From contig CBDCNQ010000005.1 in the NCBI GenBank assembly GCA_965219445.1, positions 160,001 through 224,000 of the forward strand: a stretch of DNA of 64,000 nt, written 5' to 3'. The DNA is from Longimicrobiales bacterium (GTDB lineage: Bacteria; Gemmatimonadota; Gemmatimonadetes; Longimicrobiales; Gaopeijiaceae). The translations under genes were made by a program, and so were the position numbers. Under the pieces are notes generated by a model, which saw nothing but the letters and a program-made list of their open reading frames with translations, had not been told where the DNA came from and did no database searches. Numbering within the stretch: the first letter of the stretch is position 1; each line of letters opens with the position of its first letter. This document shows, piece after piece, positions 19,918 through 30,442 of the stretch.

Positions 19918-20361
19918 TTATATCCGCTGGTGGTCAGGGCGCCAATCCCTCACTCGTTTCTTGATCTCCTCGCGGCCCTCGATCCCCTCGGCGCTCACCG
20001 TCGTAACCAAAGACCCGACCTCATCGTCTGAAGCGAACCGCAGCCCGATTAGTTGCTCGGTGCTCAGGTTGTCGACAATGCCCTTCTCACCCGGAGGAAG
20101 CAATTCATGAAGGCGGAGTCGTTCCTCGAGGCGAATGACGCGGTCCTGGGCGCCGAGCGCGAAGAGCCGGGCGAAGAGCCCTATCATCACCAGGGCGACG
20201 GCCAAAAGAAGCCCAATCACGGAATCGACGGAAAAAGAAGTGACGGCTACATACGCCGAATAAATCAAATTGATCAGGAGGATAAGCAGTGCCACGTAGT
20301 GATATCCAGGAACGAACTTCCGGTGGTTCTCATAGTTTTGAGCCGGCGCGGCCGTCGTCAT
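19918..20361 (-). CDS. Small membrane protein (DUF6526-like)
   Basis: QNYENHRKFVPGYH, two TM segments, QDRVIRLEERLR, LRFASD, W.PDH.R. Confidence 0.75.
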   Translation of the reverse strand: MTTAAPAQNYENHRKFVPGYHYVALLILLINLIYSAYVAVTSFSVDSVIGLLLAVALVMIGLFARLFALGAQDRVIRLEERLRLHELLPPGEKGIVDNLSTEQLIGLRFASDDEVGSLVTTVSAEGIEGREEIKKRVRDWRPDHQRI

Positions 20362-20537
20362 GAGACTCTCCTTGGAGCGGGAATGGTATACTTTGTTGGG
20401 GCGTTCCGGGGGTTAGTGAGGAGCGCCGTGCCCTAGGATAGGGCGTGAGGGGGGTTGTCGCCATCTCCCGTGTCCGTCTTCGAAAACTCGACGCAGAGGC
20501 GACGGCTCCAGAAGGGTCGGCGCCGCCTCGACTCAGC

Positions 20538-22874
20538 CTAACTCCCCAGCGTCTGCCAGGCGCTCAGACGTTCCTCGTACGCGCGCCCCCGTTCTTCATC
20601 GCTGCGTTGGAGGGCGGCCTGAGCGAGAGCGGCGAAGAGCCAGGCGTAATAATTCGGAATTCCAATGGTGGAGCGATCGGGCCAGTGACTCCACTCGTCG
20701 GGAATACCAGTCCGATGCAGGAAGACCTCTTCCGCCAAAGTTCGCGTGCGCTCCACGTCCAACCAGAGCCCCGTGACCGGGAGGAGCTGCGCGTCTTCGA
20801 GCAAGATGTTTCGGGGACTCGAATCTGGGGGGCCCGGGTAAAGTCGAAAGGCCAGCCCATGCCGCACGAGATAGGGCACGAGGCCCAGATCCCGAGCCGC
20901 GCTTCCGCTCGATGCGAAATAGATGGGCCGGTCCTCGACACTGCTTTGAATCAGCAGTAGGGCAAACTGCTGCCAAGGATAGATGATGGTTTCCCCCGCT
21001 ATCGTTGCCACCACGGGTCCGAGGGGGAAATCGCGCTCTTCGTCGAGCGATACGTAACCCGCGGGTCCGGCAACCTGGGCTATGATTTCATCTTCCAGGG
21101 GGAGGATCGTTCGGGTAGGCGCTGCCACCGGACCCTCCGTGAGGATGGCGAGCCGTCCCTGCGCGTCCGCCGCGCTCGGGTCCGCGGTATAGAAGGGCTC
21201 ACCCTCCTGAGGCTGGTACGGTCGCTGGCAAACGATGGTGGTCCTGCTGTCGCTCGCCCGCACGCCGGAGGGGCACGGTGTGGTGAGGTCTCGAATCTGC
21301 CTGACATACCAGTCCAAATTGAGGTAAGACGTGACGATGACGGTGACGTCGCGGCGTATACCCTCGGTCTCCTGCAGGTACCAAAGCGGAAACGTGTCGT
21401 TGTCACCGTTCGTAAAAAGAACGCTATACGGCTCCACGCTCATCAAAAGATTGTACGCCCAATCCCGTGCAGAGTAGTCTGCACGCCGGCTCGCCCAGGG
21501 CCAGTTGAGCAGAAGCGGGATCAAGGCCAGCGCGAGCACCGGAGAGGCTCGGGACCACGATCCCTTCAGCCGTGCCGCGGCCCCTTGCCAGAGCGCGGCG
21601 ATTCCGATGCCGGCCCAGAGCCCCCACACCGAGAAACCGACGATAAAGAAGTAATCCCGCTCGCGTACCTCGTGGACGTCACTCGGATTGGGAGATGCGA
21701 GTGAGAAGCCGTACGTGAAATTGAGGTAAAAGACGAGGCCGAGTGAGAGTGTAGCGAACAGCATCAGGACGTAGAGACCGCTGGCCGAGTCTCTCCGTAA
21801 GTGTTGGACGGCACCATACAGGCCGAGACCCGCGAACAAGAGGGTGAATGGGAGCCTGACCAGCGGAAAAACCGTGTCAGACCCTGCTGCGCCCCTCGCC
21901 CATTGCCAGTCGAAGTACTGCAGGTAGTTCGCGAGCTGCGACCACAGGGGCGACGCCCGTGGTAACACTGGGGGCTTGAGGTACTGCTGCCTGGACAGGG
22001 CAGCTGACAGCTCGGCACAACCCGCCTGGCCCATCGTTACGATGCTCGTCAGTGCGCTCTGGAGACCGGCGCAGGTCGGGTCGGCCTCGTTGATGATGGG
22101 ACCGAGCGCCGCCCGCAACGGTAGGTAGAGATGTATGGAAAGGCCGAGGAAAACGGCAAGCGCGCCCATCGTGTAAAGACGCCAGTTGAGTAAGACTCGG
22201 GGTGAGACCCAGAGGACGAACAGGCCGAGTGCGGGGGCGGCGAGAAACGCCATGAGATGGTTTCCCACTGACAGAGCCAGGATGAAGGCGATGAGTATCA
22301 GAAGGTTGTCATCCCGTCCCTTTCCGAGGTTCTCACGCCAGTGGAAGGCCAGCCAGGTCAGGAGCGCGATGGTCATGAGCGAGACCGTGTAGACCTTCTC
22401 GTTCACGTTGGATTGGTTCCAAACGGTGAACGCGGTCGCACTCACGACGACCGCCACCAACGCGCCCACGATGCGGAACCGGCGATCGTCGGAGAAAAAT
22501 GACAAAACGTGATGGACGGCCAGGAACCAGAGACCGTGGGCGACACTGCTCATGAGGGCTGAGAACAGGTTGATCCGTGTCGCAACCGAGAGGCCCATCG
22601 GCGTCAGGAGAAGCTCCCACGTTCGGGCCATTAGGACGAAAAGGGGATTTCCCGGGGGGTGCGGGATCCCGAGGATGTGCCCCGTGGCGATGTACTCGCT
22701 CGTATCCCAGAATGCGGTTGTCGGCGCCAGTGTGACCGTATACAAGAGGCCCACACCAAGGCCCACGATCAGCGCCCAGAGGTGGATCGGATCCTCATCC
22801 GCGGAATTGTTGGCGGGTCGGTTCTCTTCGTCCGGCACGAGCGTGGGGGTTGGGCTCTCTTGACTCCGGTTCAT
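20538..22874 (-). CDS. DUF2723/TMEM260-like GT-C membrane glycosyltransferase
   Basis: TLAPT..FWDTSEYI, LGIPHPPGNPLF, EVRERDYFF, FTNGDNDTFPLWYLQ. Confidence 0.88.
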   Translation of the reverse strand: MNRSQESPTPTLVPDEENRPANNSADEDPIHLWALIVGLGVGLLYTVTLAPTTAFWDTSEYIATGHILGIPHPPGNPLFVLMARTWELLLTPMGLSVATRINLFSALMSSVAHGLWFLAVHHVLSFFSDDRRFRIVGALVAVVVSATAFTVWNQSNVNEKVYTVSLMTIALLTWLAFHWRENLGKGRDDNLLILIAFILALSVGNHLMAFLAAPALGLFVLWVSPRVLLNWRLYTMGALAVFLGLSIHLYLPLRAALGPIINEADPTCAGLQSALTSIVTMGQAGCAELSAALSRQQYLKPPVLPRASPLWSQLANYLQYFDWQWARGAAGSDTVFPLVRLPFTLLFAGLGLYGAVQHLRRDSASGLYVLMLFATLSLGLVFYLNFTYGFSLASPNPSDVHEVRERDYFFIVGFSVWGLWAGIGIAALWQGAAARLKGSWSRASPVLALALIPLLLNWPWASRRADYSARDWAYNLLMSVEPYSVLFTNGDNDTFPLWYLQETEGIRRDVTVIVTSYLNLDWYVRQIRDLTTPCPSGVRASDSRTTIVCQRPYQPQEGEPFYTADPSAADAQGRLAILTEGPVAAPTRTILPLEDEIIAQVAGPAGYVSLDEERDFPLGPVVATIAGETIIYPWQQFALLLIQSSVEDRPIYFASSGSAARDLGLVPYLVRHGLAFRLYPGPPDSSPRNILLEDAQLLPVTGLWLDVERTRTLAEEVFLHRTGIPDEWSHWPDRSTIGIPNYYAWLFAALAQAALQRSDEERGRAYEERLSAWQTLGS

Positions 22875-22954
22875 CGTCGCTCTGCTTGGGTTGCCAGGGG
22901 CCGAGGCCGGGGGTTTAGCGAAGGTGGTCCGGCGCGTGCCTCACCGCGCTCGTG

Positions 22955-24988
22955 CTACGTCGCGGAGAGGTGCAGGTTCCCCCATTCATCGACCGTGAGC
23001 CCCCAGCCTCGGGGGACCCAGGTGGTCGCACTGTATTCTAACACCACAGCGGGTCCGTCGAGCGTCTGGTCCGGGCCCAACTCACTGCGCCAGACACGAT
23101 CCACCTCAGTCCATCCCGTCTCGGTGTATGCCGGCGTGCGCTCGACGGTCGGAGGGGCGCCCTCCTGCGGGATGCGTTCTAGATCGAGCCGTGGCCCGGG
23201 TGCGGAAGCGATGGCTCGAAGGGTAACCGCCTCGACGGGCGTGGCAGGGCGCTCGTAACCGTATCGTTTTTTGTGCAGTGCGTGGAATCGAGTGTCCCAG
23301 TCGTCACCGGGGACTCTCAGTTCGAAGCTCTGGCGCTCGTACCGAGCGTCTACCCACTGCCGCAACGTGAGGCGATCCACGGGCACCCCCTCCTCCGCCA
23401 TCGCCGCAACGGCGGCCTGTTCCAACTCAGCGAACACACTTTCGACGTTCTCATGGGCGTTTTCCGAGGCCGTGGAAATCAACACTGTTCTGGAGACCTC
23501 CCGCGTGATGTCCGCGGCGAGCATCCCGTATGCGGAAAGCAGTCCTGGGCGGGGGGGGACCATGGCTCGGCGGGTACCCAGTCGGTCGGCCAGATGTGCG
23601 GCGTGTAGGCCGCCGGCGCCACCGAACGCTACGAGGGTGAACTCGGCCGGATCGTGTCCCCGTTCCACAGAGATGACCCGTAGGGCACGCTCCATCGCCG
23701 TGTTGGTAACTTCCAGGATGCCCTCGGCCGCCACTTCGAGACTCTCTCCGAGACGATCCGCAATACCTTGGAGGCGCGGTTCGACCGCTGACCGGTCCAG
23801 CGTCCGTTCGCCTCCCAAGAAGGCATCGGCGGGCAACCTTCCCAGCCAGACGTGTGCATCGGTGACCGTGACGCTGGTTCCACCGCCCCCGTAACAGATG
23901 GGTCCGGGATCGGCACCCGCCGACTCCGGTCCCACCCGCAAGGCACCCCCAGGGTCGATTCGTGCCAACGATCCGCCTCCCGCGCCAACCGTATGAATGT
24001 CGATGACCGGGATTGCGATGGGCTGTCCGGCAATCTCCAACTCTCTGGTGTGGAGAGGGGCTCCGGGGCACAACGAGACGTCGGTGGAGGTTCCCCCCAT
24101 ATCAAACGTGATGATGCGCTCATGCCCGGCCCGGCGCCCGCATGCGAGCGCCCCCACTACCCCCCCCGCGGGACCGGAAAGGACCGTGTGCACCGGCTCC
24201 CGGGCGGCACGGTCTACGGGAAGCGACCCGCCGTTCGACCCCATGACGCTCACGCGCTCCGCGCCGGACTCCTTGGCCAAGCGCTTCAAGTATGCCGAGA
24301 TCAACGGCGCGACATAGGCATTCACGACCGTGGTCGAGGTCCGTTCGTACTCTCGGTATTCAGGGAGTAGCCTGACCGACACGGACACGGGTAGGTCCAG
24401 CTCCGCCAGTGCGTCGGCCACACTCTCCTCATGAGTGGAGTTCGCATAGGAGTGTAGGAGCACGACCGCGACCGATTCCGCGCCGACCATCGACTCGGGT
24501 AGCGCGTCCAATTCGACCCGGTCGAGCTCCTCGATGACCTCGCCGTCGGGTCCAATCCTTCCACGGATCCCGTGGCGGTCATCGCGATCTACGAGGGATG
24601 GCAGACGGTGCCCCACAAGCGCGTATAGCTGGGGCCGATTCTGTCTCCCGATCTCGACAATGTCCTCGAAGCCCGCGTTCGTGACGAGCTTTACTCGCGA
24701 GCCCTTCCGCTCGAGAAGGGCGTTGGTCGCGACCGTGGAGCCGTGGAGGAGCGCGAACGCACCGTCGGCCTCACGCTCATCGCCGGCAAGTACTCGCCGC
24801 AGGCCCTCCAAGACTGCGTCGGACGGATCGCTTGGCGTAGACGGAAGCTTGAGCGAGCGGAGGCGTCCTTCGTCGAGGAGGAGGACATCCGTGAATGTCC
24901 CTCCCGTATCCACGGCCACCACGGTGGAGATCTCTTGCTTATCCACGGCTGCCCCTGGGGGGATCTTTCCCTTTCCCACTTCGCTCAT
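22955..24988 (-). CDS. Hydantoinase A/5-oxoprolinase family ATP-dependent subunit
   Basis: VDTGGTFTD, HGSTVATNALLE, REYERTSTT, SGPAGG, DMGGTSTDV, GAGGGS, FGGAG. Confidence 0.93.
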   Translation of the reverse strand: MSEVGKGKIPPGAAVDKQEISTVVAVDTGGTFTDVLLLDEGRLRSLKLPSTPSDPSDAVLEGLRRVLAGDEREADGAFALLHGSTVATNALLERKGSRVKLVTNAGFEDIVEIGRQNRPQLYALVGHRLPSLVDRDDRHGIRGRIGPDGEVIEELDRVELDALPESMVGAESVAVVLLHSYANSTHEESVADALAELDLPVSVSVRLLPEYREYERTSTTVVNAYVAPLISAYLKRLAKESGAERVSVMGSNGGSLPVDRAAREPVHTVLSGPAGGVVGALACGRRAGHERIITFDMGGTSTDVSLCPGAPLHTRELEIAGQPIAIPVIDIHTVGAGGGSLARIDPGGALRVGPESAGADPGPICYGGGGTSVTVTDAHVWLGRLPADAFLGGERTLDRSAVEPRLQGIADRLGESLEVAAEGILEVTNTAMERALRVISVERGHDPAEFTLVAFGGAGGLHAAHLADRLGTRRAMVPPRPGLLSAYGMLAADITREVSRTVLISTASENAHENVESVFAELEQAAVAAMAEEGVPVDRLTLRQWVDARYERQSFELRVPGDDWDTRFHALHKKRYGYERPATPVEAVTLRAIASAPGPRLDLERIPQEGAPPTVERTPAYTETGWTEVDRVWRSELGPDQTLDGPAVVLEYSATTWVPRGWGLTVDEWGNLHLSAT

Positions 24989-25039
24989 AAGTTTCGTGGC
25001 CCCTTTCGGGGCACCTTTTCACACTGCCCGCCGGGATCC

Positions 25040-26539
25040 ATGGAACTCAAGCCTACACCGGAGGAATTTCGCACCCAAGCGACCGGCACGGGCGTTCTCC
25101 CGGTGTGGAGAGAGTTCCTTTTCGACGTCGATACGGCGGTTACGGCCTACGCAAAGATTCGTCGTCCACCTTTCGGTTTTCTACTCGAGTCCGTTGTGGG
25201 GGGCGATCAATGGGCTCGTTACACCTTCCTAGGGAGTGCGCCGGCCAAAGCATGGCGCCTCCGCGGAGACCGCGCGGAGCTATGGACGCCAGGCGACGGT
25301 TGGTCACCGATCACCGCCGCCGACCCCTTGACCGACCTCGACGAGCGGTTGCGAGCCCGCCGACCACTGGCCACCGGGGGCCTCCCGAGGCTATGGGGAG
25401 GTGCGGTAGGGTACTTCGGATATGATGTTGTGCGCCAGGTCGAGCGGCTCCCTGATGAGCCGGAGGACGACCTCGGGCTGCCCGACGGGCTCTTTATGTT
25501 CATGGATGTCGTGCTTGCCATCGACAACCTTCTCGGCCGTGCCATGGCGATCGCCACCGTCGAGGTCGAAGGGGGACTGGACGACGACGAGCTTCGCCGT
25601 AGGTACGACGAGGCGGCCGAAAAGACGCAGCAGCTCGTTTCCCAGCTTGCCGAGGGGGCTTCACCGTCACCCTTGAAGATCGGGCCCGAACCCACTGAGG
25701 ACCCCGAGTTTTCCAGTACGATGACTCGCACTGAGTACGAGACCGGAGTCGAACGGATCCGCGAATACATCTTTGCCGGCGATGCCTTCCAGGTGGTTCT
25801 GAGCCAGCGACTCGCGATGCCTATGCCCGCCGAGCCCTTCGAGCTATACCGGGTGCTTCGTTCGCTCAATCCGTCTCCGTATCTGTATTTTCTCGAGCTC
25901 GATGGGTTTTCACTGGTCGGAAGTTCGCCCGAGGTCCTTGTACGAGTCGAGGACGATGTGGTCACGGTCCGGCCCATCGCCGGGACCCGTCCAAGGGGGG
26001 CGACAACGGAGGAAGACCGGAGTCTTGCGCTTGACCTCCAAGCCGACGAGAAGGAGCTCGCCGAGCACCGCATGCTAGTGGACCTGGGCCGGAATGACGT
26101 CGGCCGTGTCGCCGAGTACGGATCGATCACGGTGCCCGATCTCATGATCGTCGAGCGCTACTCGCACGTCATGCATCTCGTGAGCCAGGTCGAGGGGAAT
26201 CTGAAACGGGGTCTCTCAGCCATAGATGTTTTCAGGGCATGTTTCCCGGCCGGTACGGTGTCGGGGGCACCCAAGGTTCGAGCGATGGAGATTATCGATG
26301 AACTCGAGCCGGTGCGGCGGGGCCCCTATGCCGGTGCGGTGGGTTATTTCGGCTGGGGTGGCACCTCGATGGACACGGCGATCACGATCCGCACCGTGCT
26401 CGTCAAGGACGGCACGGCCTACGTGCAGGCGGGCGCGGGTATCGTCGCCGATTCCGACCCTGGACGGGAGTACGAAGAGACGCTGAACAAGGCGCGGGCG
26501 CTGCTGCGCGCGGGGGCGATGCTCGCGTCGCGAACCTGA
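25040..26539 (+). CDS. trpE: Anthranilate synthase component I
   Basis: FLLESV, GDAFQVVLSQR, NPSPY, PIAGTRPRG, EHRMLVDLGRND, PAGTVSGAPK, QAGAGIVADS. Confidence 0.92.
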   Translation: MELKPTPEEFRTQATGTGVLPVWREFLFDVDTAVTAYAKIRRPPFGFLLESVVGGDQWARYTFLGSAPAKAWRLRGDRAELWTPGDGWSPITAADPLTDLDERLRARRPLATGGLPRLWGGAVGYFGYDVVRQVERLPDEPEDDLGLPDGLFMFMDVVLAIDNLLGRAMAIATVEVEGGLDDDELRRRYDEAAEKTQQLVSQLAEGASPSPLKIGPEPTEDPEFSSTMTRTEYETGVERIREYIFAGDAFQVVLSQRLAMPMPAEPFELYRVLRSLNPSPYLYFLELDGFSLVGSSPEVLVRVEDDVVTVRPIAGTRPRGATTEEDRSLALDLQADEKELAEHRMLVDLGRNDVGRVAEYGSITVPDLMIVERYSHVMHLVSQVEGNLKRGLSAIDVFRACFPAGTVSGAPKVRAMEIIDELEPVRRGPYAGAVGYFGWGGTSMDTAITIRTVLVKDGTAYVQAGAGIVADSDPGREYEETLNKARALLRAGAMLASRT

Positions 26540-26606
26540 TGGTGCTTGAGGGGGTCCAGGCACGAGGCTCAGTCGGTGGTTCCCTTCGTCGCTCTCGTTC
26601 GTGTGG

Positions 26607-27794
26607 CTACATCCCGAGGACGTACTTGGTCAAGCCACCGTCGGCCCAAGGTCGGGATCCCGGTCCCTCCGCAGCATACACGTTGCCGTCGGCGTCCACG
26701 GCCACGCCCTCACCTGCTACGCCCATGGGCCTATCGTCCGAGTGGTGAGGTGGGATGAACGCTGTTACTCGGTCCTCGAGAGCGCTGCCGATCCGGATGC
26801 CTGTCATCCAGCCCGGGTGACGTTCCTCTCCCGTTTCGGAGTCGATCGCATAGAGCACGTCATCGGAGGTGATGAACAGGTCGCTGATCCGGCTGTATTC
26901 GTAATACTCATCGATATAGTTGCCGTCCTGATCGAAGATCTGGATCCGGTGGTTGCCCCGATCGGCGACGAACAGGCGACCCTGCGAATCGAACGCCATC
27001 GCGTGAGGCGTCCGGAACTCTCCGGGACCGTTCCCGATATGTCCCCACTCCATGATGAATTCGCCGTCTGGTGAGAACTTCATGATCCGTCCGGTGGAAC
27101 CGGGAGGGGCGGTAGTGGCATTTTGGCCGCTGTGGCCGTCCGCGACGAAGATGTCGCCGTTGGGCGCTGTGATCACATCACACGGCTGGTTGAAGTGGCT
27201 CGAATCGTTCCCCGCCACGCCGGCCGTTCCTAGCCGCATCAAGATTTCGCCATCGGGGCTGAACTTGATTACCTGGTGCCCCTTCGTTCTCGCTTCGTTC
27301 GCCGAGAAGTCTGTCACCCACACGTTCCCATCGGCGTCCACGTGAATCCCGTGTGGGGTGACGAAGATGTCCGCACCGAAGCTGGCGAGTAGCTCGCCCG
27401 TGTTTGGGTCATAGTTGACGATGGGGTCGACAAGGTTCGTGTCGCAGCCCCCGCCAAGACCTAGGTTGCCGCACCGGTCGTAGGCCCAAATAGTCCCGTC
27501 GGGCCCGGTGTCAGCGCCGGCCGTCGATCCCCAGACGCGGCCGTCAGGCAACTTGCCCCAGTCCGTCATCACTGCCGAAATCGGGTTGGGGAGATTTCTC
27601 AGGGCCGGGTCTGTAATGTTGTCGGCCCCAGTGCCGGTGGTACCCGCGGGCGGAGGCACGAAGGCGACAGCGTCACCACCGGCGCGCATCTCGTTCCCGG
27701 CCGGCATGTCATCGGCGGGTGCTCCGCAGCCGATGACCATTGCGAGTGAGACGCCTACAAGTGTCGTGACGATCGAGCGATTGGATAGAGACAT
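26607..27794 (-). CDS. NHL-repeat lipoprotein (peptidyl-alpha-hydroxyglycine lyase-like)
   Basis: Lipobox VIGC; PHGIHVDADGNVWVTD, PHAMAFDSQGRLFVADRGNHRIQIF. Confidence 0.85.
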   Translation of the reverse strand: MSLSNRSIVTTLVGVSLAMVIGCGAPADDMPAGNEMRAGGDAVAFVPPPAGTTGTGADNITDPALRNLPNPISAVMTDWGKLPDGRVWGSTAGADTGPDGTIWAYDRCGNLGLGGGCDTNLVDPIVNYDPNTGELLASFGADIFVTPHGIHVDADGNVWVTDFSANEARTKGHQVIKFSPDGEILMRLGTAGVAGNDSSHFNQPCDVITAPNGDIFVADGHSGQNATTAPPGSTGRIMKFSPDGEFIMEWGHIGNGPGEFRTPHAMAFDSQGRLFVADRGNHRIQIFDQDGNYIDEYYEYSRISDLFITSDDVLYAIDSETGEERHPGWMTGIRIGSALEDRVTAFIPPHHSDDRPMGVAGEGVAVDADGNVYAAEGPGSRPWADGGLTKYVLGM

Positions 27795-27969
27795 GGTGGC
27801 CTCCCTTGGGGACAGGGTTGCAGAATTCTGATTCGTATACGACGAACGGTGGTAGAACGGGCGAGCCCGCACAAGCAGATCTGTCCACCCACAGTCGGAT
27901 TTGCGCGTCAACATACTGAGCCCGTATCGGAGGCGGGGCAAGGCGCTGTCACCGCCAGGGCCCGGAATA

Positions 27970-29343
27970 CTAGGAGCCGGTGCCGCCAAGCTCTTCGTAA
28001 AGATAGGCGAGCGCCCGGATTCCGAGTTCGATGTTTTCCTTGGGAAACCACTCGTTGGGGGCGTGCATGTTGGCTCCGGGCAGAGAGAAGCCCATCAGGA
28101 GCACAGGTGCGTCGAGAATTCGTTCGAACTCACCGACGATTGGGATGCTCCCCCCCTCACCTGCCAGGACCGGGGCCGACCCGAACGCTTTGAGGAGTGC
28201 GGCGGTCGCGGCTTCTTTGAGGCGGCCGTCGAGCTTCGCGCGCCAGGGCATACCTCCGTGCAGCTCCTCGATCGTCACCGTGACTCCGGGCGGAGTTACC
28301 GAGGCGACGTGCGCTCGGAAGAGCTCGGCCACCCGCTGTGGATTCTGATCGGCAACTAGGCGGAAGCTCACCTTGGCCATGGCCTCGGCGGGCAACACGG
28401 TCTTGGCGCCCTCGCCCGTGTAACCAGAGAGGAGCCCGTTGACCTCGCACGTAGGCCGGATCCAGAGTCGCTCAGGAACGGAGTAGCCGGGCTCACCCCC
28501 CTCTGGTGCGGCGCCCAGGGACTGCGCGAATTCGTCATCATCGAAGGGCAGATCGCGAATCGCGTCTCGGGTCTCCCGGTCCCAGTCGAGCACGTCGTCA
28601 TAGAAGCCGTCGATAGCGATGCGTCCCTGTTCGTCATGCAGGGTTGCGAGCATCCGGCCAAGTGCCATCGCGGGATTGACCACGGGTCCCCCGTAGGCGC
28701 CCGAGTGCAGGTCGCTCGAGGGGCCGATGACGCGGATCTCGAAGTAAGCCAGGCCTCGGAGTGAAAAAAGGAGTGCGGGCAACCCCGGTGCGAACATCCC
28801 CGTGTCGGAAATCACCACCTCGTCACAGGCGAGCCTGTCCCGTTGCGCCTCGACGAACGGGACGAGATTTGGTGAGCCGATCTCCTCCTCACCCTCTGCC
28901 AGGACGATCAGATTGATGGGAAGGGCTCCGCCTTCCTTCAGGTGAGCTTCGGCCGCCTTGATGTGGAGGTAGAGTTGCCCCTTGTCGTCCGCGGAGCCTC
29001 GGGCGTAAAGGCGCCCCTCTCGAAACTCTGGCTCAAAGGGCGGCGAGTCCCAGAGTTCCAGGGGCTCGGCCGGCTGGACGTCATAATGGCCGTATACCAA
29101 GACGGTAGGGGCGCCGGCACCGGCGCCACGCCACTCCCCCAGCACCACCGGATGGCCGGAGGTCTCGAGGACCTGGGCTTCGAGGCCGGCACCCTCCATC
29201 TGATCGCGGAGCCACTCGGCAGCTCGACGCGTGTCGGGATTGTGCTCGGATTTTGCGCTTACGGAAGGAATACGAAGAAATTCCAGGATCTCGTCGGTGA
29301 AGCGACCAAGCTCTTTCCCGATGTAGCCCTGGACGTCATTCAT
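27970..29343 (-). CDS. M20-family dipeptidase
   Basis: YGHYDVQP, ARGSADDKGQ, EGEEEIGS, DLHSG, GGSIP, HAPNE. Confidence 0.93.
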   Translation of the reverse strand: MNDVQGYIGKELGRFTDEILEFLRIPSVSAKSEHNPDTRRAAEWLRDQMEGAGLEAQVLETSGHPVVLGEWRGAGAGAPTVLVYGHYDVQPAEPLELWDSPPFEPEFREGRLYARGSADDKGQLYLHIKAAEAHLKEGGALPINLIVLAEGEEEIGSPNLVPFVEAQRDRLACDEVVISDTGMFAPGLPALLFSLRGLAYFEIRVIGPSSDLHSGAYGGPVVNPAMALGRMLATLHDEQGRIAIDGFYDDVLDWDRETRDAIRDLPFDDDEFAQSLGAAPEGGEPGYSVPERLWIRPTCEVNGLLSGYTGEGAKTVLPAEAMAKVSFRLVADQNPQRVAELFRAHVASVTPPGVTVTIEELHGGMPWRAKLDGRLKEAATAALLKAFGSAPVLAGEGGSIPIVGEFERILDAPVLLMGFSLPGANMHAPNEWFPKENIELGIRALAYLYEELGGTGS

Positions 29344-29348
29344 GTCGC

Positions 29349-29627
29349 TCAGATGAGACCGCGAATTCCCCAGCGGTAAATGAAGCTCATGACGACCGCG
29401 AGCGTGGCCGCGCCGGCCATGCCTCCCGCGCTCAACGCCAACGGGTCATCGAACTCGAAGATGCCCACTCCCAGCATGCCGCCTACGACCGCACCGAAGG
29501 CCCCGATCACGACGAGCACAGGTACGTGCCCCGGTGTCTCCTCCGGCCGCTTGATCACGGTTCTCATCACGAGGGCGATGAAGGCTCCCATTACGATCCA
29601 CACACCGACGCCGATCCAGTTCTCCAT
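29349..29627 (-). CDS. GlsB/YeaQ/YmgE-like small membrane protein
   Basis: 92 aa, three TM segments, GAFGAVVGG motif. Confidence 0.65.
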   Translation of the reverse strand: MENWIGVGVWIVMGAFIALVMRTVIKRPEETPGHVPVLVVIGAFGAVVGGMLGVGIFEFDDPLALSAGGMAGAATLAVVMSFIYRWGIRGLI

Positions 29628-29725
29628 TGATCATCCGTTGAGGTTGTGAAGGAGCGCCACAGCGCCAGCCGTGGTCCTCGAGGCACAGAATCCAAAGGGT
29701 TCGCCGCGGGGGGCGCTACAGGCGT

Positions 29726-30385
29726 CTAGTCCTTCTCTCCCATCGCTCGCTTCAGGGCCTCGAGCCGGGCATCCACGTCGATTTCCTCCGGCTCGGGACG
29801 GCTTTCAAATCGATTTGGTCGGTCGTCCAGCAGATCGTCGATCTCGCTGCTGGCCTTCCGCTGGGCATCGTCGGCCCCGATCTCGTCGCCGATCCGGTCC
29901 AGTTGAGAGAATAGGTCGTCGGCCTCGTCGATGGAGCTGCGGGCGGATGCCCGTCCCGCGGTGGCGGTCAGCGAGTCACGGTTCTTGTCCGCATCCTTGA
30001 TGGCCTCGATCATCTCCCGGAACTCTTCCTCTCGCAGGTCCAGCTCCTCCTTCGACGCGAGGGCCTTATGCTCCAAGACGCTCCGGCGATGTTCGTGCTT
30101 CTCCGCATACTCGCGGGCAACGCGAGCGGTGTCCTCATCCGAGATGTCGAGGGCCATCTTCTCCCGTCGGCGGCACGTCTTTGCTTCGCTTTTCTCTTTC
30201 TCAACCCCTTCAATCGCCGCGCGGATGGCTTCTTCGAGTCGTCGGATCTCGGCCTTCTTATCTGCGGCCTCTCGCCTCATTTCGCGAAGAAGGCGGCTCA
30301 CTGCCTCAGGAACGTCGTCCCGACCCAACTCATCCTTGAAGTTGTCGACGGCTTCCCGGAAAGCCTGGCGTAGGTTGTCGAACAT
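29726..30385 (-). CDS. PspA/IM30-like coiled-coil protein
   Basis: All-helical; EDTARVA segment and C-terminal DVDARLEALKRAM. Confidence 0.7.
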   Translation of the reverse strand: MFDNLRQAFREAVDNFKDELGRDDVPEAVSRLLREMRREAADKKAEIRRLEEAIRAAIEGVEKEKSEAKTCRRREKMALDISDEDTARVAREYAEKHEHRRSVLEHKALASKEELDLREEEFREMIEAIKDADKNRDSLTATAGRASARSSIDEADDLFSQLDRIGDEIGADDAQRKASSEIDDLLDDRPNRFESRPEPEEIDVDARLEALKRAMGEKD

Positions 30386-30442
30386 GTTTCGACTTTCCGT
30401 CTTAATGCGGTGATCCAGAGGTGTCTGCGCCACACCACACCA

